Origin: a virus
Taxonomy: Duplodnaviria > Caudoviricetes
IMG/VR virus record: IMGVR_UViG_3300028146_000003
Location: 1-54,010 of that record
DNA length: 54,010 nt
Direction: 5' to 3' (one strand)
The position numbers and the translations under genes were made by a program. The notes under the pieces were generated by a model. The model made no database searches, had not been told where the DNA came from, and saw only the letters and a program-made list of their open reading frames with translations. Of this stretch, positions 28,922-38,698 are shown in pieces (within the stretch, counting starts at the first letter, position 1; every line of letters begins with the position of its first letter).

Positions 28922-29550
28922 TATATTGCGTGCTCATCTATGGCCGTGTACAGCGGGTTAAGAGCCACGGCCGCAACAACTGGCGCGCACCGCAACCCGC
29001 GCTCAATAGCCGACACGCCAGCCATTTGCGGGACCGGAATCGACAAGACATACTCAGTGTCGAGGCCAGCAACTACGAGCTGCCACGAATTGCTGAACGC
29101 GACTGACGCGCCCTCATCCGATAGCCCGGCCGGAATTTCGTATCCTGCGTTTGTAGGATCGAGCAACAAATCGGGACCGTCACCACTTTCGGGCCAGTAT
29201 CCGTTGCTGTTCGGCCCGCAAAAAGATGGCTGAAGCCCGTAGTTGCTGTAGCCGGCCCAAAGCAGGCAGTAATCGCCATCCGCGCCGAAGTTGTTCGTTG
29301 GAAGCGAAGAGCTAAACCAGTTCAAGCCCGATTGGTATTGCGCCGGCACCGCGAACAGATAATGGCCCCACGGGTCTGTGCCTTCCGCACTGCGCTTTTC
29401 GTACAGAAACCATGTCTGTACATCCAGATACAAATCGCCAACGACGCCAGCGGCCGGCACAGGCGGCCCGGAGCCCCGCAGTATCGAACCGAACTGCTTT
29501 GCCTGAGCAAAGATGCCGCCTTGCAAAGTCCCCTGGTCGAAGCCGGCCAT
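28921..29550 (-). CDS. Fibre-associated protein with GxGxP...GDxYxD repeats (paralogue of 28493-28921)
   Basis: MAGFDQGTLQGG..., same repeats plus an insertion near the C-terminus. Confidence 0.7.
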   Translation of the reverse strand: MAGFDQGTLQGGIFAQAKQFGSILRGSGPPVPAAGVVGDLYLDVQTWFLYEKRSAEGTDPWGHYLFAVPAQYQSGLNWFSSSLPTNNFGADGDYCLLWAGYSNYGLQPSFCGPNSNGYWPESGDGPDLLLDPTNAGYEIPAGLSDEGASVAFSNSWQLVVAGLDTEYVLSIPVPQMAGVSAIERGLRCAPVVAAVALNPLYTAIDEHAI

Positions 29551-29973
29551 TTACGTGCTGGCTCCCACGTCCCCCGTGCGGGCAATTTGCATGTCCATGA
29601 CGATGCCCGTGCCTTCGCTGTTGTTGATGTTCACGATGCGCAACCGTACCCATCCTTCACGATGAGCACGCCGCGACGTGGCAACAACGATATTCTGCCA
29701 TTGGTCGATCGGACGCGCGGACGCATCCGGCTCGCCGCCGTACAGCTTCATTTCCATGACTACCTGAGCCTCAGGCGCCACGTACGACGACGTTATGGTA
29801 CTGGCCGCAGCGGTGACGAACGCCAGCGAAGCGCGAGCGACGTTGACGGAAATGGTGTTGCCCTTGCTGACGGGCAGCCATCCAGTCGCACTGTTCACGC
29901 TGTCGGCGTAAACGGTGTCGGTCTGGGTGCTGATTCGCGTAGCTGACCCTCCTGGTCTATAGAACAATTGCAT
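29551..29973 (-). CDS. Putative virion structural protein
   Basis: ATG with a GGGAG RBS; beta-sandwich-like composition. Confidence 0.6.
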   Translation of the reverse strand: MQLFYRPGGSATRISTQTDTVYADSVNSATGWLPVSKGNTISVNVARASLAFVTAAASTITSSYVAPEAQVVMEMKLYGGEPDASARPIDQWQNIVVATSRRAHREGWVRLRIVNINNSEGTGIVMDMQIARTGDVGAST

Positions 29974-30454
29974 TCTCCCGTAATCGGAGCCGTACGCCAA
30001 GGTGCAAAATCTGTTCAGCTTTGAGTTGGCCCTTGCAAGTATTGGCAGCATTACTGATTACCCAAACATTGCCCGGCACGTAGCCCAGCTCATTCACGAT
30101 GCGGTCAAGAGTTGGGCTGTTAGGACCGACGCGACCTTTTCCCGTGAACAGCGGAATGCCGAGTAGAGGACAAGTCTCAGGAATAACAACATCGCTGACA
30201 CTTATTGAAAAAGGTACATCCTTTTCTGCCGCTCGATCTTTGGCTCCGTGCCACAGCTTAGCAGATGGGTTTTTGTTGTACCACTTCGACGTGTACTCAC
30301 GCATGTACGTGGTATGTGCGCTTCCGCGCGATGCTCGAAATTTCTTAGTCGCCGTGCGCTGACATTCTATGCAGGCGCGAGTTTTAACGGACCGCAATCC
30401 GCCGTGTCCGCTACGGCACGGCCGCCCCTGAAACGTCTCTGACATCTCTACCAC
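29957..30454 (-). CDS. HNH-like free-standing endonuclease
   Basis: CPLLGIP...SPTLDRIVNELGYVPGNVWVIS..AN..K; N-terminal CxxGH...CxxC. Confidence 0.78.
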   Translation of the reverse strand: MVEMSETFQGRPCRSGHGGLRSVKTRACIECQRTATKKFRASRGSAHTTYMREYTSKWYNKNPSAKLWHGAKDRAAEKDVPFSISVSDVVIPETCPLLGIPLFTGKGRVGPNSPTLDRIVNELGYVPGNVWVISNAANTCKGQLKAEQILHLGVRLRLRENAIVL

Positions 30455-30468
30455 GTACGGCCCCCGCG

Positions 30469-30726
30469 CTATTTGCGGCCCTTGTCGAAAGCCGTGTTAC
30501 CGCTGAAGCGCGTACCAGAGCCCCCGCCCTCGCCGTGGTTGGACTTCGCCAGCCGGCGATTGCCGCCCTCGATGTTCGCCACGGGGCCGGGGAAGCGCTT
30601 CAGGGGGCCAGCGGGCACCGCAGGGCGGCCCCCGAACTTCGTGGCGGGCGGCCCCATGAAGTTCGGGCAGCATTCATTGCTGCCCGTCTTGTTGAAACCC
30701 GTTTTCATGCCTTTGAAGGTGGTCAT
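30469..30726 (-). CDS. Small basic Gly-rich protein
   Basis: GAGG RBS, high GC3; K/G/R-rich. Confidence 0.6.
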   Translation of the reverse strand: MTTFKGMKTGFNKTGSNECCPNFMGPPATKFGGRPAVPAGPLKRFPGPVANIEGGNRRLAKSNHGEGGGSGTRFSGNTAFDKGRK

Positions 30727-30790
30727 GGGGCGGCCCTCGGTCCGGTTGGTATGACACGTTCAAAGCATCATACCACCCAATTTCGGGCTT

Positions 30791-31162
30791 TCATAGGCCC
30801 GTGTTCGGACTCCCAGCAGCCTGCGGGAATGGCGTCGAGTTGCCGCCGGCCGCAGCCGAACCGAACAGATGCGGCCAGTTCACGCGGGCCATGCCTTCCG
30901 GGTCCGCATTGCCTTCCGCCGCCATGCGGGCAATGGCCTCTTCCTTGGTCGCAGGCTCGGCGTACAGCGGGTTGCCGGGGTGCGCTTGGTCCTTTCGATC
31001 GTCCACCAGCGCCAGATCCGGGTGGTCGCTGAGCTGCTTTACCTTGCCGTGCGCCGACGCGGCGATGTCCGCGAGGTTCTGGTTCTTCAACCCTCGGGCT
31101 CGCTCTTCTAGCCCCTTCAGCTCGTTGAAAACGCGATCGAGGTTACTCTTCAGGTCGCTCAT
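30791..31162 (-). CDS. Hypothetical protein
   Basis: Strong AAGGAG RBS; N-terminal coiled coil. Confidence 0.7.
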   Translation of the reverse strand: MSDLKSNLDRVFNELKGLEERARGLKNQNLADIAASAHGKVKQLSDHPDLALVDDRKDQAHPGNPLYAEPATKEEAIARMAAEGNADPEGMARVNWPHLFGSAAAGGNSTPFPQAAGSPNTGL

Positions 31163-31217
31163 GGTCTTGCTCCTTGGTTTGGTGGGTAGATAAACAACGC
31201 TGCGAGACGGTAAAGGT

Positions 31218-33146
31218 TCAATGCACGTCCTTGGTATCGGTTGGCGTTGTGGTCGTCCAGGTTACCACAAGCGATTCGTTTGGGCCTAAACGGATCGGGC
31301 ACGCCACGGCGGCACTCGGCACAGTGCAAAGCGCATTGCCGCCCTTGGTGACTGCGGCGTTAAACGTCGCGCTCTGCCTGATGTAGTGATCTTCCGGTGA
31401 AGGGCCAGCGGTGATGGTGCAGGGCGAGGCGCAGACGTTGGCCGCAGCACTGATGCCCACCGGATTGTAGCCGGCATTACCTTCGATACGGTTGTGCGTA
31501 CCGGTTGATGCATTGGCGATATTAGTTCCGTTGCTGTTAAATCCGTTGTTGCTGACTACGACGTAATCACTGGACGCGGCGATATTAACCCCTGTCGTAA
31601 GCGTCTGAAAATTATTTCCCCCAATCAAAAAACCATTGTTTGTTGACGAAGCCGCGATATCCACCCCGATCCCCCCACCGACTCCGGCAAACGTGTTGCT
31701 ACCTATTGAAACTCCCGCCACACCCGCCACGCCTGACTTGATCCCGTCATTCCCGGCAGGCAATATGAACAAAGTATTGACGATCGACACGGCGGATATT
31801 CCACTCTCCAAGTCAATCCCGGCCGTAGATGTCGTCCCTCCTGGGTTTATTTGGCTATTGCTAACGGTGAGTTCTGTCAAAGCGGCAATGCCAGCCGGCA
31901 CCAAAATACCGATTCCGACTGTTGTGAGGTAGGTGTTGATAACGAATACCCCCTGCGTGAGGGCGTCCATTTGTATCCCAACAGCTTGATTTAGGATAAT
32001 GCAGTTGTTGATAGTTAGGCCGACTGCCGGACTGGATAGCCCGGTGTTCCCTATGAACTCAATTCCGGTCCCAAACGGACCCCCAGGCTGTTTGCCGACA
32101 ATGTAAACGCCCGAGATCTGGACGTTAGATACGTTTTGAATGTTGATTCCGGTTAGCCAACCGTTAGCCCCAGGTGGGTTAGTACTCCCCTCTATGTTAA
32201 GATCATATAGTGTCGTCGGCCGCTGGACCGCAGCGTTCGAGTTTAGGATAGGAAGTTTAAGGGTGAGTCCGTTGCCTCCTGGCGACTGGTTTGTTTCTAT
32301 CGTCAGCGCTGCGACGGTAGCTGAAGCGTTTATAGTCGTGTAGTCGATTTCCAGCCCGTCAGTGCTGTTAGCAAAATTCAGCCGGGTAGTGGACGACCCG
32401 GAGCCTGTTATAGTCATTGACGGCTGAAAAGCACTGTTGGTGGCGACGTTGATCGTGTTGCACGTCACTTTTGACAGCATCAAAAACCGGCCCGGCGGAA
32501 ACTGAACATACGGGCTGGCCGCGCACGCCGCCGAAAAAGCCGGGGCGCTATCCGCCAACCCCGTTGGGTCCGCGCCGAAGGATACCGGATTTACTGCCGC
32601 CCCCTTTGTGGCTGAGTTCGGCGTTGTCTGGTCATAAAAAATAGGATCGATCAGAAGCGTGTTAACCGGACCGCCCGGCGATACTGCACACACGCGCGCT
32701 TGCGTGTACATCACATAGTAATCAGCTTGCGGCGATGCCTGAATTACAATGCTGGGCGGCGTTGACGGACACGCGGCACCCCAAGCAACTGCCGTACCGC
32801 CGGCCACAGTCATGGCGGCCGACAACGTGATGCCTGTCGTACCGTTGTACGCAGTGACCGTAGTTCCTGACGCGATACCGGCGCCTGAGATCAGGCCGCC
32901 GACGATCGGAGGCGTTGCAGGAGTCGCCGTCAACGTAAGTGTCGTGGACGCGCCGGACGTGCTGCCGATGCCAGATCCTTGCGATGTGAAAATTGATGCG
33001 TTGCCCGCAATCATGCGGACTTTTATGGGACCGTTGCCGATGTCGGCGATGGTGTTTGCAGCAATCGGCAGCGTGACGGCGCTCTGCGCCAGTGCGGGCG
33101 CCGCGTACAGTGCCATACAGCATAGTAGGATTTTTTTCATTTTCAT
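31218..33146 (-). CDS. Tailspike/depolymerase (pectate-lyase-3-like beta-helix) with a signal peptide and a shared N-terminal module
   Basis: MKMKKILLCCMALYAAPALA-QS; VNPVSFGADPTGLADSAPAFSAA...FPPGRF beta-helix start; G/I/N repeats; ATGA-coupled start. Confidence 0.82.
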   Translation of the reverse strand: MKMKKILLCCMALYAAPALAQSAVTLPIAANTIADIGNGPIKVRMIAGNASIFTSQGSGIGSTSGASTTLTLTATPATPPIVGGLISGAGIASGTTVTAYNGTTGITLSAAMTVAGGTAVAWGAACPSTPPSIVIQASPQADYYVMYTQARVCAVSPGGPVNTLLIDPIFYDQTTPNSATKGAAVNPVSFGADPTGLADSAPAFSAACAASPYVQFPPGRFLMLSKVTCNTINVATNSAFQPSMTITGSGSSTTRLNFANSTDGLEIDYTTINASATVAALTIETNQSPGGNGLTLKLPILNSNAAVQRPTTLYDLNIEGSTNPPGANGWLTGINIQNVSNVQISGVYIVGKQPGGPFGTGIEFIGNTGLSSPAVGLTINNCIILNQAVGIQMDALTQGVFVINTYLTTVGIGILVPAGIAALTELTVSNSQINPGGTTSTAGIDLESGISAVSIVNTLFILPAGNDGIKSGVAGVAGVSIGSNTFAGVGGGIGVDIAASSTNNGFLIGGNNFQTLTTGVNIAASSDYVVVSNNGFNSNGTNIANASTGTHNRIEGNAGYNPVGISAAANVCASPCTITAGPSPEDHYIRQSATFNAAVTKGGNALCTVPSAAVACPIRLGPNESLVVTWTTTTPTDTKDVH

Positions 33147-34483
33147 GGTGTCTGCGTCTCGATGATGATCGGAAGCGTCCCCACGGCAGTTGCCGAATCC
33201 GGGAGCGTGATCATGGCGCCGGTCGTGGTCGAGGTCACACCTCCAGCCGTGTCCCGATATTGAGTGTAAGGCGGCGAGTGCGCCGGTACCGTGTAGACCG
33301 ATGGGCCGCTCGTGTCGAACACGGCGAGCCCGGAGTAGCCGAGTGGGTAGCTCCGAATGAACTCGCAGGTCCAGACCGTCCCGCTGATCGCGCACGGGTT
33401 CGGCGTCGCCGCGCCGGCCATCCAGAGCCGGGTCTGCTGGTACGCCACCCCGGGCTGGAGCAGCGCGAGCGTGCTGTTGTTGATGAGCGTGCCCCAGCCT
33501 GCGATGATGTAGCCGTACCAAATCTGGACCTTGGCGCCGAGCTGCCAATGGATGAGCATGTCCTGGGAGACGAACGCGGACTGTCCGGCCAACTCGGGCC
33601 GGCTGGTGTCCAGGTTCCATCCGCCTTCGGAGTCCCATCTCTGCTTGTTCTGGAGACCCCACGGTGTGAGAAGGCAACTGATCGTAAGCTGAAAGCGGCT
33701 GTAGATCACGCTCGGCGTGTCGCCTCCGGTCGAGAACCCGGCGTAGGCGTGCCAGGTCACCACGTCCACGTCCGTGGTGCCGCCAGCAGCGAAGTAATCG
33801 TAGTAGAAATATCCTGCCTGAAGGCAGTCGTCGCGCGGCTCTATCGAAGGCGTGCTGATCAGTACAGTGGGCCAATTCGCGCGCAGCCAGTCGTGCATGT
33901 GATTACAATAGAGCACGACGTTGGCGATCGTGACACCGTTTGAGACGCTCGCCTGCGGCTCGTTCCAGCACTCGATCAGGTTGATGACGTCTGAATACCG
34001 CGCATGGAGCGCAGCCATGAACGTGTCCAGCGAGCCCAAATCATCAGGCGGCAAACTGCTCACCCACTGCCCCGTAATGGAGTTGACGGAGCCGGTGCCA
34101 GCAGCATGGTTAGCAACGGCCCACCCTGGCGAGCCGCCCATCGTGTACATCATCTTAACGCTCTGGGCGCGTGCTACATTCGCGATAGTATCGAGATCGT
34201 GCCAATTGTAGGTACATAGCGGCGTGCAATTCAAACCATTTGCGTTGGGACTCGTAGGCTGAACATAAGGCCACGATGTCTGCGGGGTCTTTCCGTAATA
34301 CCCAACCGTCCAGCTTCCCTGTGTTGTAGGGTTTGATCCGGCGCAGCATCCGACCGTGACGCTGAAGAACGAGTTCGGTATCGCGTTAAGCGTCGGGCCA
34401 ACGCCGTGCGTCCAGCCGCTCAGCAACAGAGCCCCACATAGCGCGAGCGACGACAACCCCAGTGCGGCGAGGAGGCGTTTCAT
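33143..34483 (-). CDS. Clan GH-A glycoside hydrolase (GH39/GH5-like) with a signal sequence
   Basis: MKRLLAALGLSSLALCGALLL; YNWHDLD, PGWA, ECWNEP (acid/base), TWHAY, DSEGGW (nucleophile). Confidence 0.8.
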   Translation of the reverse strand: MKRLLAALGLSSLALCGALLLSGWTHGVGPTLNAIPNSFFSVTVGCCAGSNPTTQGSWTVGYYGKTPQTSWPYVQPTSPNANGLNCTPLCTYNWHDLDTIANVARAQSVKMMYTMGGSPGWAVANHAAGTGSVNSITGQWVSSLPPDDLGSLDTFMAALHARYSDVINLIECWNEPQASVSNGVTIANVVLYCNHMHDWLRANWPTVLISTPSIEPRDDCLQAGYFYYDYFAAGGTTDVDVVTWHAYAGFSTGGDTPSVIYSRFQLTISCLLTPWGLQNKQRWDSEGGWNLDTSRPELAGQSAFVSQDMLIHWQLGAKVQIWYGYIIAGWGTLINNSTLALLQPGVAYQQTRLWMAGAATPNPCAISGTVWTCEFIRSYPLGYSGLAVFDTSGPSVYTVPAHSPPYTQYRDTAGGVTSTTTGAMITLPDSATAVGTLPIIIETQTP

Positions 34484-36177
34484 TGGCATTTCACCGGAAG
34501 GGCGGTCACTGGGATGGTGCTTGTCGTGATCGTCACCGCGTTGCTGCTGGCATCGACGCAGGCCGCGTAGCCCCCGGAGATCGTGAACGTGGTGGGGCCG
34601 CCTCCGGTGTCGAAGTAGGTCGAGAACGGCACGCTCGCCCCGGAGGTCCAATTGCAAGTCCACTGCCCCGTCCCTTGCGCAATCACACATCCAGTTTTAG
34701 CAAGCGTCGCACCCAAAATCCATGACCGCACATTCTTATAAGCCGTGCCGGCTGCGTTCGGAGCGCCGCTATTGTCGGTGAGCGTTCCCCAGTTAAGCCC
34801 TGCCTGCCCGTACCAGTGCGCCTCCAGGTTCCCCCAATTCCAGTGGCCTATCGACCACTCCGAGGCGAAGTTCGTTTGGTTGGTCGAAGATGGGCATGAA
34901 ACGTCCGTGAGCCACCCTCCCTCCGAGTCTATGACCGGCTTGGTGCCAAGCCCGTATGTCTGGAGCAAAGGCAGCATCCGGTAGAACCGCGTGTTAAGAG
35001 CTGCGATATTGGCGCACCCTCCGTACCCATGCCACGTCACCACGTCGAAATCCGACGCTGGCGCTGCATTTCCAAACTGAGACGCATAGGACGCGAAAAA
35101 CTGCCCGTAGAATGACGTCGGCTGGGTGAAGCTGTCAGGCTGGAGAGATGGGGTCGTGGTCTTGATCAGCGGCCAGTTCGCATGAATATAGCTGTTGATC
35201 AATTGGCAGTAGGTGGCGACGATCTGGGCAGTGGTCAGAGCATTGGTCGCCGGCTCGATCCAGCACTCGATGTAACGGATTGCCTTGTGAATCGTCCCGG
35301 TGTCGGCGTTGTACTTCGTCAGTAGATCATTGAGGAATATCGGTATCGGGCCGGTTGGGCTCCTATCATCAGGAGGCAGGTAGCTAACCCATTCTCCTGT
35401 GATGACGTTGACAGCACCGTTCGTCGTGTGATTCGCCACCGCCCATCCGGGGGTCCCACCCATGCTGAAGCCGACCTCCGTTCCGCTCGATTCCGCGACG
35501 GCGAATTGAGCGTCAGCGCCATTGGGGTTGCCGCACGGACCGACAGTCGCATAGTTGTAACTTGCTTGGGAGGTGGGCTGAATATAAGTCCAGCCTCCAC
35601 ACGGCGTCGAGAATCCGAGCGGCGAGGCGAGCGCGGGGAACGGTGCAGAGGTCCACACGTAAGGAGCGTTAGATGAATAGATGTGCATCCCGAAAAATTT
35701 GGCCGGGACGGCCCCGGTCACGATCGGGGCCAGATTACCGAACGGGAAGTTTTCAGAGAAGAACGTTGGTGACAGCGTCAGGTCGTTCAGGTTGGCGATC
35801 GTGTTGGCGCCGATCATATAGGTGTAAGGCTGGCCCGCATTCATTGCGTTGCGGCCTACCGCGATCACTAAATTAGCATCCGTCGCAAGCCCGTACCCGG
35901 TGTTGCTTGCGGAACTCTGTAGAAGGCCGCCGATCGGCCCCTGTGATGAAACAATAATCCAATACCCGGAGTAAGTGCTGCCATCAGATATTTTCTTCGC
36001 CGTCACGTTCGATAGCGCATACGTAGGGTTGTCTACAAATCCAGAAACCAAAGCATCGGCCTGCGCCGCGGCCTTGTTGGCGTACTGAAATACATAGTCT
36101 ATCTGCTCAGCCTTGGCCGACACGGCGGAATAGAAGATCACCAACAGTGCGAATATGATTCTCATGGATGATCTCAC
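34480..36177 (-). CDS. Clan GH-A glycoside hydrolase paralogue with a signal peptide and an extra N-terminal domain
   Basis: MRIIFALLVIFYSAVSAKA-EQ; FFGMH, PGWA, ECWIEP, TWHGY, DSEGGW. Confidence 0.78.
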   Translation of the reverse strand: MRSSMRIIFALLVIFYSAVSAKAEQIDYVFQYANKAAAQADALVSGFVDNPTYALSNVTAKKISDGSTYSGYWIIVSSQGPIGGLLQSSASNTGYGLATDANLVIAVGRNAMNAGQPYTYMIGANTIANLNDLTLSPTFFSENFPFGNLAPIVTGAVPAKFFGMHIYSSNAPYVWTSAPFPALASPLGFSTPCGGWTYIQPTSQASYNYATVGPCGNPNGADAQFAVAESSGTEVGFSMGGTPGWAVANHTTNGAVNVITGEWVSYLPPDDRSPTGPIPIFLNDLLTKYNADTGTIHKAIRYIECWIEPATNALTTAQIVATYCQLINSYIHANWPLIKTTTPSLQPDSFTQPTSFYGQFFASYASQFGNAAPASDFDVVTWHGYGGCANIAALNTRFYRMLPLLQTYGLGTKPVIDSEGGWLTDVSCPSSTNQTNFASEWSIGHWNWGNLEAHWYGQAGLNWGTLTDNSGAPNAAGTAYKNVRSWILGATLAKTGCVIAQGTGQWTCNWTSGASVPFSTYFDTGGGPTTFTISGGYAACVDASSNAVTITTSTIPVTALPVKCQ

Positions 36178-37646
36178 TGCGCGTTCAGGGACGACAGGCT
36201 CGACACAGACGAAGGATTAGTAGCGGATGGAGACATGGCAACTCTCTCTAAGTACCCATCATAAAACTTGGTCGGCGTCGTCAGGCTGTCGAACAATACA
36301 GTAGTGGTTGCCGTTCCTAGATTGGACGCGCCGCCGAACAACGTGGCTGCTGCGAATGCGCCTCCGTTCGCAGCAATTCCATTGCCCGCCAACGACCCAT
36401 TCCCCCACGTTACAACGATCTTGGTTCTTCCGGTTGTGTTGGCGCCGCCTCCGAGAGTCGCGTTTGATCCTGAGTTGTTGGCGACAAGTGTAACGATGGT
36501 CGTTGTGGCGGATAGCAGGATTCGATTCGTGGTCCCTCTGGTGAAGGGGGCGATGGGTGCTCCCGCAGCATTTCTTGAGCCGCCCATAATGGCGTAAAGC
36601 GTTCCAGTGGCCCCTCCCCACAATAGAGATGAACGATTTCCTGGAGTGGTCTGGGCGGCATCCAGCGCCCTGAATTGTGGATTGTAGGTCGTGAACACCG
36701 GGCTTGTCGCATAGGTCATGCCGGTGTTTTCGAGCTGGTTGTTGTCCACTACGGCCACATCGCCGCTGGTAGCGAACTTGAGGCCGATGATCGGGTTCGT
36801 GAGCGCGGCTTGAGATATCCAGCACCACACAAAGGCACCAGTAACGATGTTCGACGCCGCCCCGGTCGAGTCTACGCAATTCGCGGATGACAGTGTGGTG
36901 AACGTCGAGTTGTCTAGCGTGGCCTGGATGTTTCCAGAGCCTGTCACCCGCTTAACGTGGAGCCCATAGACATCGGTGGCCGACGCCAGCGTGACCGCCT
37001 GGAGGATCGTGCCATTGGCGGCCCCAGCCGTGAGCGTGGTAGCGCTGTTCGCCGTCCCATCGATGCCGGTGGCATTAAGCGCGGCCGTGATGTTGGTGGC
37101 CGCCCACACAGCAGCGGATGAGACGATGGTGGCCGTGGCGCCGCTGGTCCCTCCGGTGATCGTACCGGTGAAGGTCCCCGAGCCGCCGGACAGCGCCAAG
37201 AAGGCGAGTGGAGAGGACTCGGCCAGCACGTAGGTGCCGGTCCCGCCCCCGGTCGCGGTCAGGGTCTCGCCATCGGTGAAGGCGCCGGTAACTCCGGTGA
37301 CGCTAAGCTGCGTCGTAATCGCGAGGTTTCGCGAATGCAGCGTCCAGTTCGTGGTGCTTTCCTCGATCAACCAGCCACGGCTAGAAATCCTAGGAATGTT
37401 TGGTGCGTAGGCGTACCAAACACCAGATTGCTTATCTTGCGCCATCCCTGAAGTGACGCGGTTTACCGTGAACTGAACGTCAATCGGACAATTATAATAT
37501 CGCGAACCAGCAAAGTCGCAGTCCATGGCCGCGCCGGGGAACGCCCACTGAGGGGCACTACGCGGCAGATAAGGAACGTGTTGCGCCTGAGCCGGTAAGA
37601 CCGGCGCCAGCGAAACGACGATGGCGATGATGAGGCAACTTCGCAT
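36174..37646 (-). CDS. Fibre/spike-like protein with a signal peptide
   Basis: MRSCLIIAIVVSLAPVLPAQA-QH; GWLIEESTTN, QLE...ATSP..T and RALD motifs typical of phage fibre/lectin-like proteins. Confidence 0.68.
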   Translation of the reverse strand: MRSCLIIAIVVSLAPVLPAQAQHVPYLPRSAPQWAFPGAAMDCDFAGSRYYNCPIDVQFTVNRVTSGMAQDKQSGVWYAYAPNIPRISSRGWLIEESTTNWTLHSRNLAITTQLSVTGVTGAFTDGETLTATGGGTGTYVLAESSPLAFLALSGGSGTFTGTITGGTSGATATIVSSAAVWAATNITAALNATGIDGTANSATTLTAGAANGTILQAVTLASATDVYGLHVKRVTGSGNIQATLDNSTFTTLSSANCVDSTGAASNIVTGAFVWCWISQAALTNPIIGLKFATSGDVAVVDNNQLENTGMTYATSPVFTTYNPQFRALDAAQTTPGNRSSLLWGGATGTLYAIMGGSRNAAGAPIAPFTRGTTNRILLSATTTIVTLVANNSGSNATLGGGANTTGRTKIVVTWGNGSLAGNGIAANGGAFAAATLFGGASNLGTATTTVLFDSLTTPTKFYDGYLERVAMSPSATNPSSVSSLSSLNAQ

Positions 37647-37873
37647 CAGAACCTCTTGGGTGGCATGGACGGACAGACCCGCGCGGCTTCCTGCGCACCC
37701 CTGTCGGTGATAGTCCAAACGAGAGGATCGCGCGAAGCGGCGAAGCCGTCGCGCACCAACGTCTTGATCTCGTCTGCCGTTACCATGATAGCGTCGAACG
37801 GCATGCTCGGCTGATCGACCGCATAGGCCATGTGATGGATCGCGAGGGCGCAAAGAATCTGCAACGGCGTCAC
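37646..37873 (-). CDS. Small hypothetical protein
   Basis: GTGA and TGATG coupling on both sides; LVRDG...WTITDRG winged-helix-like end. Confidence 0.5.
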   Translation of the reverse strand: MTPLQILCALAIHHMAYAVDQPSMPFDAIMVTADEIKTLVRDGFAASRDPLVWTITDRGAQEAARVCPSMPPKRF

Positions 37874-38511
37874 GGCTTGGTGACCTCCAGGAGCACCGTG
37901 AAGACCTCGGCATTGCCGGGCGCGTAGGCCCCGCGCGCCTCTACCAATCCGTATACCGTCGAGGCGGCCGGCACCACGTCGCAGGCGACGCCGTTGTTCG
38001 GCACGCCAAAGCCCCACCCGCCGTCCGAGAACGGATCGGTGGTCGGCATGTTCACGTCCATGGTGCAGAAGTAGCCCACGGAAGTCGAGGAGAACGCGCC
38101 GTTGTCGCCGTTCGCCACGGTCGGGCTCGTCGTGTAGAGGTGCAGCCGAAAGTTCGGGGCGGTGGCCCCCGTGGTTGACTTGTTGATGCGGACGCGCCGG
38201 ATCGAGACCCCCTCAGCCGAGAAGTCGTTCACAGTCCATGATAGCGGAGTGACTGAGCCGGCGGTAGTGCTGTTGGCGATAAGGTCTCCAACCGCATAGG
38301 CCGTGGTGTCAGCAGGTCGGGTGAAATTCGCGGATGGCGTCACGAGTTGGTAGACGATTGGCCGCATCGCCTGGAGGCCGCCGCCCACGTCCGTGGAGCG
38401 CATCGTCACGCCGGAGCCCGGCGTCAGGATAACCGCGTTGTCCGCCGCCAGGAGCGGCCCCAGCATCACCAGGGCCAGAAGGACGCAGACGTTGAGGATG
38501 ATCTTCTTCAT
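37870..38511 (-). CDS. Signal-peptide protein, beta-sandwich
   Basis: MKKIILNVCVLLALVMLGPLLA-AD; TRPADTTAYAVGD, FRLHLY; GAGG RBS. Confidence 0.7.
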   Translation of the reverse strand: MKKIILNVCVLLALVMLGPLLAADNAVILTPGSGVTMRSTDVGGGLQAMRPIVYQLVTPSANFTRPADTTAYAVGDLIANSTTAGSVTPLSWTVNDFSAEGVSIRRVRINKSTTGATAPNFRLHLYTTSPTVANGDNGAFSSTSVGYFCTMDVNMPTTDPFSDGGWGFGVPNNGVACDVVPAASTVYGLVEARGAYAPGNAEVFTVLLEVTKP

Positions 38512-38521
38512 GGCCTCGGTC

Positions 38522-38698
38522 CTATTGGATGACGGCGACGGCGATGTTGCACGTGGCCAAGTTGAGGGACGAGCACCCCGGCGCCGCGACGTAGGCGCTG
38601 CCGACGCCGGTGGTGAGGAGCGCCGCGACCGCGAGCTTGACGGCTAGGACCGCGCCCACGCAGCCGGCCCAGATGGCAACCTTGCGGAGACGGTTCAT
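38522..38698 (-). CDS. Small hydrophobic/signal-peptide protein with a Cys pair
   Basis: MNRLRKVAIWAGCVGAVLAVKLAVAA...GCSSLNLATCN; ATGA coupling. Confidence 0.55.
   Translation of the reverse strand: MNRLRKVAIWAGCVGAVLAVKLAVAALLTTGVGSAYVAAPGCSSLNLATCNIAVAVIQ

Noticed and set aside
28493-29550. Duplicated fibre-like genes as a diversity-generating retroelement (TR/VR)
   Set aside because: No reverse transcriptase was found, and differences between the copies are not adenine-specific.
33147-37913. Long N-terminal extensions in the ORF track (885, 515 and 579 aa versions)
   Set aside because: The extensions overlap neighbouring real genes; ATGA/TGATG-coupled starts directly before the signal peptides fit better.
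38522-38698. Lipoprotein/o-spanin from the AGC motif
   Set aside because: WAGC is a poor lipobox, the hydrophobic stretch continues after the Cys, and the gene is far from the lysis cluster.
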